Assembly (NCBI GenBank): GCA_013204645.1
Contig: JABMSE010000112.1
Location: 4-64,003, forward strand
Length of the DNA stretch: 64,000 nt
Direction of reading: 5' to 3'
Origin: Candidatus Saganbacteria bacterium
GTDB lineage: Bacteria > Margulisbacteria > WOR-1 > O2-12-FULL-45-9
Each line of letters begins with the position of its first letter. Within the stretch, counting starts at the first letter, position 1. The notes under the pieces are model-generated. The model ran no database searches, had not been told where the DNA came from, and saw only the letters and a program-made list of their open reading frames with translations. The position numbers were made by a program, and so were the translations under genes. Shown here piece after piece: positions 53,132 through 61,987 of the stretch.

Positions 53132-53620
53132 CTAAAATATTTTCCCTGCGAATTGTGCTTTCAACTTATTTCCAAGTTTAGCATGCAAAGGGTTTTTATA
53201 AAGTCCTGAAAGAAGCTCAGAAACCACGGCCCGCTCCCGCGGAAGAGAAAGTAGAGCCTCTTCTTTTTGTTGCTCGGTAAAAAGTGATAAAAGAAAAGCA
53301 ATCATCTGCGGCCGCTCATAAACCAGCATAGTATAAGATTTTTTTGGCACTGGAGGGGGTGCCGGGGGCACTTCCCTTTGTTCCAGCTGAGGTGGAACTT
53401 CGCCTGCGTTAGGAAGGGCCAAAAAGCCCTTAAATTCATCCAAAACTTCCGAAAGGGCTTGTGGAGAGGGAGAAGGTAGGTGATTAATGCCTGAAGCAAT
53501 TAGATCGGCTAACTCATCCGGCAAATAACGCAACACCCGGGCCGAGGTATCGGTACCTAAGATTGACAAAAATATCGTGGCCTTTTCTCTTCCAGATAAA
53601 GGCATTACTCTGACAACCAT
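53132..53620 (-). CDS. fliG: FliG-like protein, N-terminal domain only (truncated rotor/switch protein)
   Basis: LSGREKATIFLSILGTDTSARVLRYLPDELADLIASGINHL...ALSEVLDEFKGF matches FliG_N. This is followed by a short segment resembling the start of the middle domain. The ORF is only 162 aa and ends with TAG, 3 nt before the fliH ATG. No C-terminal torque domain is encoded. Confidence 0.55.
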   Translation of the reverse strand: MVVRVMPLSGREKATIFLSILGTDTSARVLRYLPDELADLIASGINHLPSPSPQALSEVLDEFKGFLALPNAGEVPPQLEQREVPPAPPPVPKKSYTMLVYERPQMIAFLLSLFTEQQKEEALLSLPRERAVVSELLSGLYKNPLHAKLGNKLKAQFAGKIF

Positions 53621-55083
53621 TTCCTGAGCATGTCTGCCACGCGCTCAGGATTCCTCTCAGCTGCGTTTTTGATATTTGAAAGCGTTGACAGCTTAGCGCG
53701 ATTTACCGCGGGTTTATCCATCTCATTATCCTCTTCTTCCATTCTCGGTAGTTTATCAACCCGTGATTTTTTCCTTACACTTTTAAAAACCAGGATAATA
53801 ATAAGTATTAGGACTAAGACAATAGACGCAATAATTATATTTCTTATAAGGGGTGAGACAATAAGGGGAAGTTTTTCGGGCTCCGCAGCTAAGGGAAGAA
53901 CTTTTTCCACCTCTATCTGGATAACTTCGGGGGGTGGCGTGGCCAGATGAAAAGGAACCTTCTGCAATACAATCTGGTCACCTCGACTGCGATCATAGCC
54001 AATCGCCGCCGCCACAGCCTTATAGGTAGATTGTTTTAGTTGTGGGGTTAGATCAACACGATTATCGACAAGAATTACAGCTGACAAAGCTTGGATGCTT
54101 AATTCCTCCTTATCCACACCTTGGCCGGTAGCTTTAGTTTCTAACTCTACATTTACTTTTATAACTGCACTGTTAGGGGGATAAAAACGATTTAAAATTT
54201 CTTGAGATTTCCCTGAGAGATTATTTTCTAGTTCCTTTTTTGCCTTTACCACCAGAAGTATCTTTTCCTCAGCGCTGAGAGGCCTTGCAACTGCCGCTTC
54301 GCCTGAAAGGGCGGCGGCCTCAAAAGAGACTTCAACTTTTATTTCTTCCGCACCAAAAACAGCGGTCGAAAGCTCAGAAAGAGAAATCACCTCATCTGAA
54401 GAAATAATTTCAGCAGTGACCAGCATGGGTTCGGCGGTTAAAATTCTGCCCGTACTATCAACTATCGTAACATTTTGCGGCCGAAGGTTTTCTACACTAC
54501 TAGCCACAAGATGGACAATGCCATTTATTTTAGCTGGAGCTATGTAAGTCCCCGGCATTAGGCGCAGAAAGACGGAAGCGGTAACCGGAGCAACGTTTTC
54601 TGCAAAAAGCGGGGTCTCAGGCATAACAATCTGCACACGGGCACTTTGGACTGCTTGTATACTACCAATGGTTCGTGAGAGCTCGCCGGAAATAGCACGA
54701 ATAAGTTGGATACGTCGGTCAAAAGCCGTGGCACCCAGCTTTGTTTCATCAAAAATTTCCCATCCCACAACCCCACCCGCCGGCAGATTTTTTTCCGCCA
54801 AACCCAAACGCGCATCATCTGCCACCTGTTTAGGAACAGCAACTGCCCGCCCCTCATCCTTAATCTCGTAAGGAATCCCTAATTCTTTAAGACGCGCGAT
54901 TACATTAGCCGCATCCTTCAACTCCAGATTGGAATAAATTACAGTATAGCCGGTTTGGCTGCGCGAAAACGGGGAACAACCACGAAAAAGAAAGAACAAT
55001 AGCGCAATAACAATAACGAACCCGACGCCAGCCAGAAGAAGGATGCGTCGAATATCAAAACCTGCTGGAGCTGCTTCTGCCAT
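53605..55083 (-). CDS. fliF: Flagellar M-ring protein FliF
   Basis: N-terminal TM helix, then GYTVIYSNLELKDAANVIARLKELGIPYEI..., a second TM helix near the C-terminus and a FliG-binding tail. Confidence 0.8.
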   Translation of the reverse strand: MAEAAPAGFDIRRILLLAGVGFVIVIALLFFLFRGCSPFSRSQTGYTVIYSNLELKDAANVIARLKELGIPYEIKDEGRAVAVPKQVADDARLGLAEKNLPAGGVVGWEIFDETKLGATAFDRRIQLIRAISGELSRTIGSIQAVQSARVQIVMPETPLFAENVAPVTASVFLRLMPGTYIAPAKINGIVHLVASSVENLRPQNVTIVDSTGRILTAEPMLVTAEIISSDEVISLSELSTAVFGAEEIKVEVSFEAAALSGEAAVARPLSAEEKILLVVKAKKELENNLSGKSQEILNRFYPPNSAVIKVNVELETKATGQGVDKEELSIQALSAVILVDNRVDLTPQLKQSTYKAVAAAIGYDRSRGDQIVLQKVPFHLATPPPEVIQIEVEKVLPLAAEPEKLPLIVSPLIRNIIIASIVLVLILIIILVFKSVRKKSRVDKLPRMEEEDNEMDKPAVNRAKLSTLSNIKNAAERNPERVADMLRKWLSE

Positions 55084-55093
55084 GTTCTACTCC

Positions 55094-55456
55094 TTAAATC
55101 TGCATTTGAATAACTTCTTTAAAAGCTGTCACGGCTGAATTTACCGTGGTAACCGCTAATTGAACCATAATACTCATTTTAGACTGAGCCACCATTACAT
55201 CAGACAATTCTGCTTGGCCGTGTAAATATTTATCGATAAGTTGATTGGCATAAAACTCGGACTGACTAATTCCATTCAATGAATCAATAGCTTTGGATAG
55301 GATATCATCAAAAGGATTACGACTGAGTTTCATTGGGCTGGTGGGTTCTGCTGCCAAGTTAGGAGACGCAACCTCTGGGGCCTGGGCTAAGAAATCATCC
55401 CCTAGAATCTGGGCTAGACTTAAGTCTGCATTAATCGGGTTAATTTGTTCTACCAT
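55094..55456 (-). CDS. fliE: Flagellar hook-basal body protein FliE
   Basis: 120 aa. The C-terminus ...VQLAVTTVNSAVTAFKEVIQMQI fits the FliE signature. Confidence 0.65.
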   Translation of the reverse strand: MVEQINPINADLSLAQILGDDFLAQAPEVASPNLAAEPTSPMKLSRNPFDDILSKAIDSLNGISQSEFYANQLIDKYLHGQAELSDVMVAQSKMSIMVQLAVTTVNSAVTAFKEVIQMQI

Positions 55457-55511
55457 CTTATAATTCTACCTTCATTAGCTTCCCGCGAATGAACTTCGCG
55501 GTTTCCAAAAT

Positions 55512-55949
55512 TTACGGTATTTGCAAAGTATCCTGCATCATTTTCTTTGTCGCATTAAAAGCCGTAATATTGGCCTCGTAAAGCCTTTGTGTGTAGACTA
55601 AGTCTACCATTTCTTCTGACAGATTCACATTGGGTAATTCCACAAACCCTTCAGCATCGGAATCCGGGTGACCCGGTTTATAAATTTTTTGCAAGGGTGT
55701 TGTATCCTCTACCACATCGACAACCTCTACTCCAGCCACACCTCTTGCAAGCCTGTTTTGGGCTATCGCGAGCTCATCGTTAAAGCTAACTGGTTTTTCA
55801 CCCAAAACTGCAATACGACGACGGTAAGGACCACCATAAACGGTGTAGGTAGTATTAACATTAGCTATATTTGAAGCAATTAATTCTAACGTGATACGTT
55901 GCGCAGCAAGACCAGAAACACTGATATCCATAGCTTGATTTAATCCCAT
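55512..55949 (-). CDS. flgC: Flagellar basal-body rod protein FlgC
   Basis: MGLNQAMDISVSGLAAQRITLELIASNIANVNTT... plus a C-terminal ...VDLVYTQRLYEANITAF... rod-protein heptads. Confidence 0.8.
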   Translation of the reverse strand: MGLNQAMDISVSGLAAQRITLELIASNIANVNTTYTVYGGPYRRRIAVLGEKPVSFNDELAIAQNRLARGVAGVEVVDVVEDTTPLQKIYKPGHPDSDAEGFVELPNVNLSEEMVDLVYTQRLYEANITAFNATKKMMQDTLQIP

Positions 55950-55956
55950 GCCTTAA

Positions 55957-56262
55957 CTACCTCCTTCCCTGACTGGTTATATTCTTTAAGACATTTATTT
56001 TGCTGGATAAAAGCTTGATATAACTAGAATATTTTATAGAGTTATCTGCCAGGGCTGCCAGTTCGTCCTCTAAAATAACATCTTTTTTGTCCGACCTCTC
56101 TACCGCACGCATCAGATGCTCATCAAAAGTAAGCGCCGTAAAACCTGGAGTTTTTGCGTTTGCGATATTATGCGAAATCACTTCCTGCCAACGAGTGGAA
56201 ATATCCATGGCCCTTTCAAGCTGATTAAACTGCGCATCAAACATTTCAATCGGTCTAGACAT
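55957..56262 (-). CDS. flgB: Flagellar basal-body rod protein FlgB
   Basis: ERAMDISTRWQEVISHNIANAKTPGF N-terminal rod motif. ~100 aa. Confidence 0.65.
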   Translation of the reverse strand: MSRPIEMFDAQFNQLERAMDISTRWQEVISHNIANAKTPGFTALTFDEHLMRAVERSDKKDVILEDELAALADNSIKYSSYIKLLSSKINVLKNITSQGRR

Positions 56263-56983
56263 GTTTAAGCTTCCCTTGAATTACACTTATAACCTTTGAA
56301 AGCACCCGGCACACCTTGGGGCGCGATAAATCTAGTCGTTTTGCAATCGTTTTCTGATTCAGGCCATTATGATAAAATAGTTTAGCAACTTTTCTTTGCA
56401 GAGGAGGAAGCCCCTCAACAATAACCTTTATCCTATCTTTGAGTTCAGCAAATTCAAATTCAGCGGCGGGGGTAGATTCACTGGGAACCGGAGCCTCAAC
56501 CCCAATGCCTGCCATCTCCTCAACCGAAAGAAGATACATAAGAGCTGAAGCCGAAACAATTTTCTTAATTCTTTTAATAGCTTGTTTAAATTCGCCCTCG
56601 GTTAACTCCTTTTTCTCTAAAAGTTCATCATCCTTTTTTTCCTTTTTGGAGACTACCATAGAGGAGAATCCCCTCTTTGCCAAATCCCTCACCATAACCT
56701 GAACCCGATAAGGAACTGGATTGTAATTTTTAAAGCCATCCAGAATTTCCCCCCTAATGCGATAAGAAGCATAAGTTTCAAACTTAACCCCACGATTTGG
56801 GTCAAAATTCTCCCAGGCCTTCATGAGCCCTACTGTTCCATCCGAAACCAAATCATCATATTCAATATTAGGCGGCAACCCTTTACCCGAAACCATAGAA
56901 GCAATGGAATGGACCAGCGGCATATAGGCCTCAATTGATTTTGGCAAAGGTTTATTCTGTATTTTTTTCTTTAGTTTATTCAT
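56255..56983 (-). CDS. fliA: Sigma-70 family sigma factor, FliA (sigma-28)-like
   Basis: Region 2 (DDLVSDGTVGLMKAWENFDPNRGVKFETYASYRIRGEILD) and a region 4 HTH (QKTIAKRLDLSRPKVCRVLSKVI). ~240 aa. Embedded in the flagellar operon. Confidence 0.65.
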   Translation of the reverse strand: MNKLKKKIQNKPLPKSIEAYMPLVHSIASMVSGKGLPPNIEYDDLVSDGTVGLMKAWENFDPNRGVKFETYASYRIRGEILDGFKNYNPVPYRVQVMVRDLAKRGFSSMVVSKKEKKDDELLEKKELTEGEFKQAIKRIKKIVSASALMYLLSVEEMAGIGVEAPVPSESTPAAEFEFAELKDRIKVIVEGLPPLQRKVAKLFYHNGLNQKTIAKRLDLSRPKVCRVLSKVISVIQGKLKHV

Positions 56984-57312
56984 TTGACTTCAACTGCTTT
57001 AGAAAAAGTTGGAAAAACATTTTCAGCCGAAAAGGTCTTACTTTTTACCAATTCCAAAGCAAGTTTATTCACAAACATATCAGACCCAAAACGCGAACTC
57101 AAAAAATCATTATCTTTGTCATCTCCACTAAAATTAGGCGTCTTAAAGGCCTGCTTAAAAACCTCCCGATAAAAAATCACCATGAATTCATCTTTAATGC
57201 TTTCACGGGCAGCCTGCGTTTGTGCGTGGCTAGCTGCCACAATAATCTCATTCATTTTTCTGGTATCAGGAGAAGATCCCATTTGGCTTAGCGCAGTAAT
57301 TTCCGAAACCAT
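56980..57312 (-). CDS. flgJ: Rod-binding (FlgJ N-terminal-like) protein
   Basis: DEFMVIFYREVFKQAFK resembles the Rod-binding domain consensus (FEamflqqmLksmr). 110 aa. Sits in the expected position directly after flgI. Confidence 0.45.
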   Translation of the reverse strand: MVSEITALSQMGSSPDTRKMNEIIVAASHAQTQAARESIKDEFMVIFYREVFKQAFKTPNFSGDDKDNDFLSSRFGSDMFVNKLALELVKSKTFSAENVFPTFSKAVEVK

Positions 57313-58571
57313 TAAATCACCTCAAGTTCTGCCTTTATGGCACCAGCTCTTTTCATGGCCTGCAAAATAGCAATTAGGTCCTTGGGGGTAGCCCCAATCG
57401 TGTTTAACCCGCGCACTAGTGTTGATAGGGTTGCTCCCCCCTCAACCAAGGTTAACTTTCCTTCGGTTTTCTTTAATTGGGCATTTGAACGTGCAAGGTA
57501 ATAGCTTTCATCCAAAACCGAATCTTGCGTGTACCCTTCCGAAAAAAGAGAAACATTCCCAATGCTTACATCGATTCCCGCATAAGAGACCGCTACCGGA
57601 GAAATCTTCACATTTTCACCAATTACAATCGTTCCAGTACGCTCATTAACCACAATTTTGGCAACTACATCTGGGACAATAGTCAAACTCTCAATACGTG
57701 AGACAAGCTCAACAATATCATCATCATCGGAAATTGGAACGGTAATCGTAGCCGCATCGAGAGCCAAAGCTTCCAAGCCAATCCTTCTAATTGAGGAAAC
57801 CAAGCGACTTGCCGTAGTAAAATCTGGCTCATCCAAAACAATGGTAAGCAACTCCTTATTAGTGATTGAAACCGGCACTTATTTTTCAACCAAGGCCCCC
57901 CCCGGAATTCGGCCAACCGTGGTCTGACCATGTCTAACATATGGAATAGAAGGGGTGGTGGATTCCAGGCCAATTAGGAGGCTACCCTGGGCCACTGCAT
58001 AAACCTCCTCATTAACCCCTTGAAGGGGTGTAATCAATAGGGTTCCGCCTTGAAGAGAAGTTGCATCCCCCATAGACGAAACAGTAACATCCATTTTTTG
58101 CCCTGGCTTTACAAAAGATGGAAGGGTTGCCGTAACCATAACCGCTGCTACATTTCTTGATTTAAAATCAACTGACTGGGGTACAACTCCCATTCTGGAC
58201 AACAAATTGGTCAAGGCCTGCTGGGTAAAACCGGTTTGACTTCGGTCCCCGGTGTTTTTTAGGCCAACCACCAAACCAAATCCCATTAACTGATTATCCC
58301 GTGCTTCTAAGACATGAGCTATATCTTTTACTCTAACGGAGGGGGATTGAGCAGATGCAAAATACTCCGCCTGCGGCGGACAAACTACAAAGTACAAAAT
58401 ACAACCCAAAAACAAAATTTTCTTAATAACTTGTGCCTTGTGCCCTCGTCCTGAGGTCTGGCCCAACATGACTCGGTCCGAAGGATTTGTGCCTTGTAAC
58501 ATTATTTGCTTCCTCCTAAAAGATCCAATTAAAAAGCCGAGTAATCCAACCCGGGGACTCGGTGTCCGCAA
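57312..58571 (-). pseudogene. flgI: Flagellar P-ring protein FlgI interrupted by an in-frame TAA
   Basis: The N-terminal part (57879..58571) and the C-terminal part (57312..57878) are collinear with full-length FlgI and lie in the same frame. A single TAA at 57879-57881 sits where E. coli FlgI has Glu (VERELP; here VEK*VP). Confidence 0.7.
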
Positions 58572-59238
58572 TCACGCCAGTCCCTCTTACGGAAACCTCA
58601 GCATTAGCCACCTGATAGGAATAAACTGTATTCTCGCCACTTAGATCTTTAGGTCGAACAATTCCGCTTACTGTAATCTCTTGCATTTCATCATTTACCT
58701 CGACCTTATGTCGTCCACGAATTTCAAGATTACCATTGGGAAAGACATTTGTAACCCAGGCCGCCACCCGAGCAGAAACATCATTGCTGCGGGTTGTCTC
58801 CCCATCCCCAGTAAATTTATTCGAGACTTGTCCCGTTACCTGGTTGGAGGCTCCAATTATAGGAGCCAAGCGCTGAATAGTATGGGCAAACTGTAGCCCC
58901 AAATCATCCCTGACATTCGTTTTAGTCCTAGCTTTATTCTTAGCACTGGTGTTCTCCATGATAATAACATTTACAATATCTCCCACGCGGTAAGCCTTTT
59001 GGGCGTTGTAAGGTGAAGCACTATTATCATTCCAGACAGAATCTGCTCTCACAGGCAAGATAGAAAAATAAGCTACAAGAGACAAGATACAAAAACCAAA
59101 TAATAACCAATAACCAATATTCAACATCCAAATTGAAGGCCTTTGAAATTTGTTTTTTGGAATTTGCAATTTATTTGAATCTTGTACCTTGTATCTTGTA
59201 TCTTGCATCTTGTGTCTTGTATCTTGTGCGTTTATCAT
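58516..59238 (-). CDS. flgH: Flagellar L-ring protein FlgH
   Basis: ...YRVGDIVNVIIMENTSAKNKAR...GNLEIRGRHKVEVNDEMQEITVSGIVRPKDL... is a canonical FlgH core. The likely true start is the Met at ~59127 (MLNIGYWLLFGFCILSLVAYF signal peptide). The longer ORF reaching 59238 reads through the heptamer array. Confidence 0.75.
   Translation of the reverse strand: MINAQDTRHKMQDTRYKVQDSNKLQIPKNKFQRPSIWMLNIGYWLLFGFCILSLVAYFSILPVRADSVWNDNSASPYNAQKAYRVGDIVNVIIMENTSAKNKARTKTNVRDDLGLQFAHTIQRLAPIIGASNQVTGQVSNKFTGDGETTRSNDVSARVAAWVTNVFPNGNLEIRGRHKVEVNDEMQEITVSGIVRPKDLSGENTVYSYQVANAEVSVRGTGVIADTESPGWITRLFNWIF
59181..59229. repeat. Seven tandem copies of heptanucleotide CTTGTAT (degenerate: CTTGTAC/CTTGCAT/CTTGTGT/CTTGTGC)
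   Basis: Seven contiguous 7-nt units read directly from the sequence. The array lies between the flgA stop (59235) and the flgH signal-peptide Met (~59127). Confidence 0.85.
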
Positions 59239-60041
59239 TTTAACACCACCTCAACTTCTCCTGGGGCAATCAGAATTCCCTCCAGGGTTTTTTTTGTCTC
59301 TTTTTTTCTTACCGTTATCTTGCCACCTATATAGCCATCCATTAAGGCTATCCCGCTCGTTTTCAGCAACAAATTAGGCGCCCTTACGAAAATCGTAACT
59401 GAATCCCCACGCCGGGCTTGCGGAACTTCTTTTATCATCCAAGAAAACACGGTACTATTTTGGGGGATGGTTGTTTTTGCTTCTCGGCCAGAAACTTGAT
59501 CAAAAGAAGTGAAATATTTCTGCGGTAACATTGCAATATCTCTTTTTTCTAAAGCTAGATCGTCTCTTTTTATCTCCTGGCCACGTTTAATTTTTTTCGC
59601 CGCCGCCACAATACCTAAAAAAACCTCAACCTTTGCTCGAATAAAAATGGTGCTTTTATCCTTTCCATCAAAAACCTCGATGGGAAAAATAACATTGCCC
59701 ACCGGCCTAAAATCTTTATAAGTTTCTTTTATTTTTAAATCAGCATTAGGAGACAGACCACGCAAGATATCAAATGCCTTATCTGCCATCCGATAAGTGA
59801 CGGAAATATCCAAACCCGTAAGCTTCGGATCATAGGAAATGACCAAGCCTTCTACGAGTTTGGTAACCTTCTGTTCAGGATTATCCAAGGCAGCAGCTGG
59901 AATCGATAAAATACAAGATACAAGACACAAGATACAATAACCAAATAATATCCGATATCCAATATCCAACATCCAAATTGGAGATTTTTGAAATTTGATT
60001 TTTGAAACTCGTAATTTATTTATATTTTGTATCTTGGTCAT
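59235..60041 (-). CDS. flgA: Flagellar basal-body P-ring formation chaperone FlgA
   Basis: C-terminal SAF/FlgA domain (...GDSVTIFVRAPNLLLKTSGIALMDGYIGGKITVRKK...). The likely start is the Met of MLDIGYRILFGYCILCLVSCILSIPAAA, at ~59972. Confidence 0.65.
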   Translation of the reverse strand: MTKIQNINKLRVSKIKFQKSPIWMLDIGYRILFGYCILCLVSCILSIPAAALDNPEQKVTKLVEGLVISYDPKLTGLDISVTYRMADKAFDILRGLSPNADLKIKETYKDFRPVGNVIFPIEVFDGKDKSTIFIRAKVEVFLGIVAAAKKIKRGQEIKRDDLALEKRDIAMLPQKYFTSFDQVSGREAKTTIPQNSTVFSWMIKEVPQARRGDSVTIFVRAPNLLLKTSGIALMDGYIGGKITVRKKETKKTLEGILIAPGEVEVVLK

Positions 60042-60053
60042 TGTTTCTTTTTC

Positions 60054-60851
60054 TTACTGTTTCATTGCCTCCAAGCTTCTAAGCATACCCTCATAGGATT
60101 GCACAGCCTTGGTCACCGTATCAAAAACTCTTTGCACCATTACCATGCGCATCATTTCAGAGATAACATCAACATTTGATTGCTCTAGAGCATATTGCCG
60201 AATGGTACCAAACCCATCTTCTCCCGGAATACCTACCCATGGTTCACCGGATGCTTCACTTTCCTGGTAAAGATTCTGTCCAATCGTGGTTAACCCAGCG
60301 GAATTAGTGAAACGAACTAAGTCGATTTGTCCGATCTCGGAATAACTAGTTTCATTATTTATCGCCGCATAAACTAAGCCATCAGACTGGATAAGAACCG
60401 AGGTGGTACCCTCGGGAAAAATAATTTGTGGTTCAAGCAAATGGCCATTTGGATCACAGAGGTTGCCATCATTGTCAATGTGCAAATTGCCAGCCCGACC
60501 ATAAGCTAGGGTTGCGTCCGGCATGCCAAACTGTAAAAAGCCATCGCCTTCAATGGCAACATCCAAGGGATTAGAAGTTATATCAATTGAACCTTGCGTA
60601 AAATCAGCCGGGGTAGCAGCTACACGAACTCCAGTTCCATATTCAACATTAACTGGAGGAGCTTCCATTCCGCTCATAGATTCATAGAGCATATCCTTAA
60701 AACTTTTTTCAATGTAAAAAAGGCTCTCCATCTCAGTACGAGATTTTTTAAAAGCAATTGTCTGGGCATTGGCCAAATTGTTGGTAATGGTCAAGATCTC
60801 ATCTTCCATCGCAGAAAGCCCTGTAGCTGCAACATATAAAGGTTGAAACAT
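60054..60851 (-). CDS. flgG: Flagellar basal-body rod protein FlgG
   Basis: MFQPLYVAATGLSAMEDEILTITNNLANAQTIAFKK... plus a C-terminal ...ALEQSNVDVISEMMRMVMVQRVFD... Confidence 0.8.
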   Translation of the reverse strand: MFQPLYVAATGLSAMEDEILTITNNLANAQTIAFKKSRTEMESLFYIEKSFKDMLYESMSGMEAPPVNVEYGTGVRVAATPADFTQGSIDITSNPLDVAIEGDGFLQFGMPDATLAYGRAGNLHIDNDGNLCDPNGHLLEPQIIFPEGTTSVLIQSDGLVYAAINNETSYSEIGQIDLVRFTNSAGLTTIGQNLYQESEASGEPWVGIPGEDGFGTIRQYALEQSNVDVISEMMRMVMVQRVFDTVTKAVQSYEGMLRSLEAMKQ

Positions 60852-60869
60852 TTTACTTACACCTCCAAA

Positions 60870-61604
60870 TTATTTGGTGGAGCCCATTTCCATGGCGCGT
60901 GACAATTCAGTATCCCGGGTTTGAATAATTTTCGTGTTCAAGGTATAAATACGCTCAAGATAAATCATTTCCATCATCTGGTCAATAATATTTACATTAG
61001 ATGCCTCAACGTAGCCCTGAATAACCCGGGGCCTTACAACCTCGTTCAAAACGGCATAGGGATCTCTAAGCTTAAAAATGCTTCCATTCAAAGACTCGAA
61101 TGCTTCCGGATTTTCTGGATTAACTACTAAAATCGTATCAACGGTTACCCCATCCACTTTTATTTCACCTTCCTGCGTAAACTCAACCGAGGATCCAGGA
61201 GGTACAATAATGGGTCCCGCTTGCCCCATCACAGGGAAATTACCGGAAACAGAGAGCAATCTACCCTCCTTATCCAACTGAAACCTCCCATCCCTAGTAT
61301 AACCCTCTCCCCAATCCCCCATTACAACAAAAAAACCAGAGGATCCCAAAGCAAGATCGAGCTGGCTATCAGTTTTAATTAACGCGCCCTGTATAGTATT
61401 ATAAAAAGTACCTTCAACCTGGGGTTTCACAGAAGATAAACGCTGGGTTGCAGCCTCAAGCTCAAGAGGAAATCCACGAATCATTACGTCGGATTTCTTG
61501 AAGCCGGGCACTTCAGAACCAACCATATTATCCATAAGTTTCCTTACTTTTTGATCGGCACTCTCCAGCCCGGCGGTACCAATCTCTAAAATGCGGTCGG
61601 TCAT
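60870..61604 (-). CDS. flgF: Flagellar basal-body rod protein FlgF (FlgG paralog)
   Basis: Rod-protein N- and C-terminal heptads (...IQGYVEASNVNIIDQMMEMIYLERIY...). 244 aa. Immediately upstream of flgG. Confidence 0.7.
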   Translation of the reverse strand: MTDRILEIGTAGLESADQKVRKLMDNMVGSEVPGFKKSDVMIRGFPLELEAATQRLSSVKPQVEGTFYNTIQGALIKTDSQLDLALGSSGFFVVMGDWGEGYTRDGRFQLDKEGRLLSVSGNFPVMGQAGPIIVPPGSSVEFTQEGEIKVDGVTVDTILVVNPENPEAFESLNGSIFKLRDPYAVLNEVVRPRVIQGYVEASNVNIIDQMMEMIYLERIYTLNTKIIQTRDTELSRAMEMGSTK

Positions 61605-61652
61605 TGTGAAATTATTATATGATGTAAGGGGAGCAATGTCAAACGGGAAAAA

Positions 61653-61982
61653 TTAGATCCCTCTCTTCTTCCTTTCCTCTTCCTTCATCCTCCCCACAAC
61701 TTGTTCTCTCTTTTCCGCCATGCGGTCAAGTTTGTAAACAAAGAAAAGAACCTCTGCAACTAAGGTGTAAAGCTCGGGTGGGATTTCCGTATCTAATTCT
61801 AATTTAGTAAGAAGCTTTGCCAGCTCTGGATCTTCGTAGAGGGGGATTTTGTTATCATCTGCAATACGTAAAATCTCATCCGCCACAGGCCCACGTCCAG
61901 TGGCAATCACCAGCGGTGCTTTATCCTGATCAACATCATAACGCAATGCAACTGCAGCTTTTTTGTCGTTTGCTTGTGCCAT
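61653..61982 (-). CDS. FlhB C-terminal-domain-like protein (EscU/YscU/FlhB family, YlqH-like)
   Basis: AVALRYDVDQDKAPLVIATGRGPVADEILRIADDNKIPLYEDPELAKLL...PPELYTLVAEVLFFVYKL matches the FlhB cytoplasmic domain, including the NPxH-region equivalent. 109 aa. Confidence 0.6.
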   Translation of the reverse strand: MAQANDKKAAVALRYDVDQDKAPLVIATGRGPVADEILRIADDNKIPLYEDPELAKLLTKLELDTEIPPELYTLVAEVLFFVYKLDRMAEKREQVVGRMKEEERKKRGI

Positions 61983-61987
61983 TTTAT

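Noticed and set aside
44882-57881. Possibility that the in-frame TAG (rfbB) and TAA (flgI) reflect a reassigned genetic code.
   Set aside because: TAA, TAG and TGA all terminate other conserved genes at the expected positions. Examples are TAG ending the fliG-like gene 3 nt before fliH, TAA ending rpmB, and TGA in the ATGA overlaps. Genome-wide recoding is therefore not supported. Nonsense mutation, sequencing error or local suppression are more likely.
59056-59229. The heptamer arrays as a CRISPR array.
   Set aside because: The units are only 7 nt and contiguous, with no spacers and no cas genes nearby. They are simple tandem repeats.
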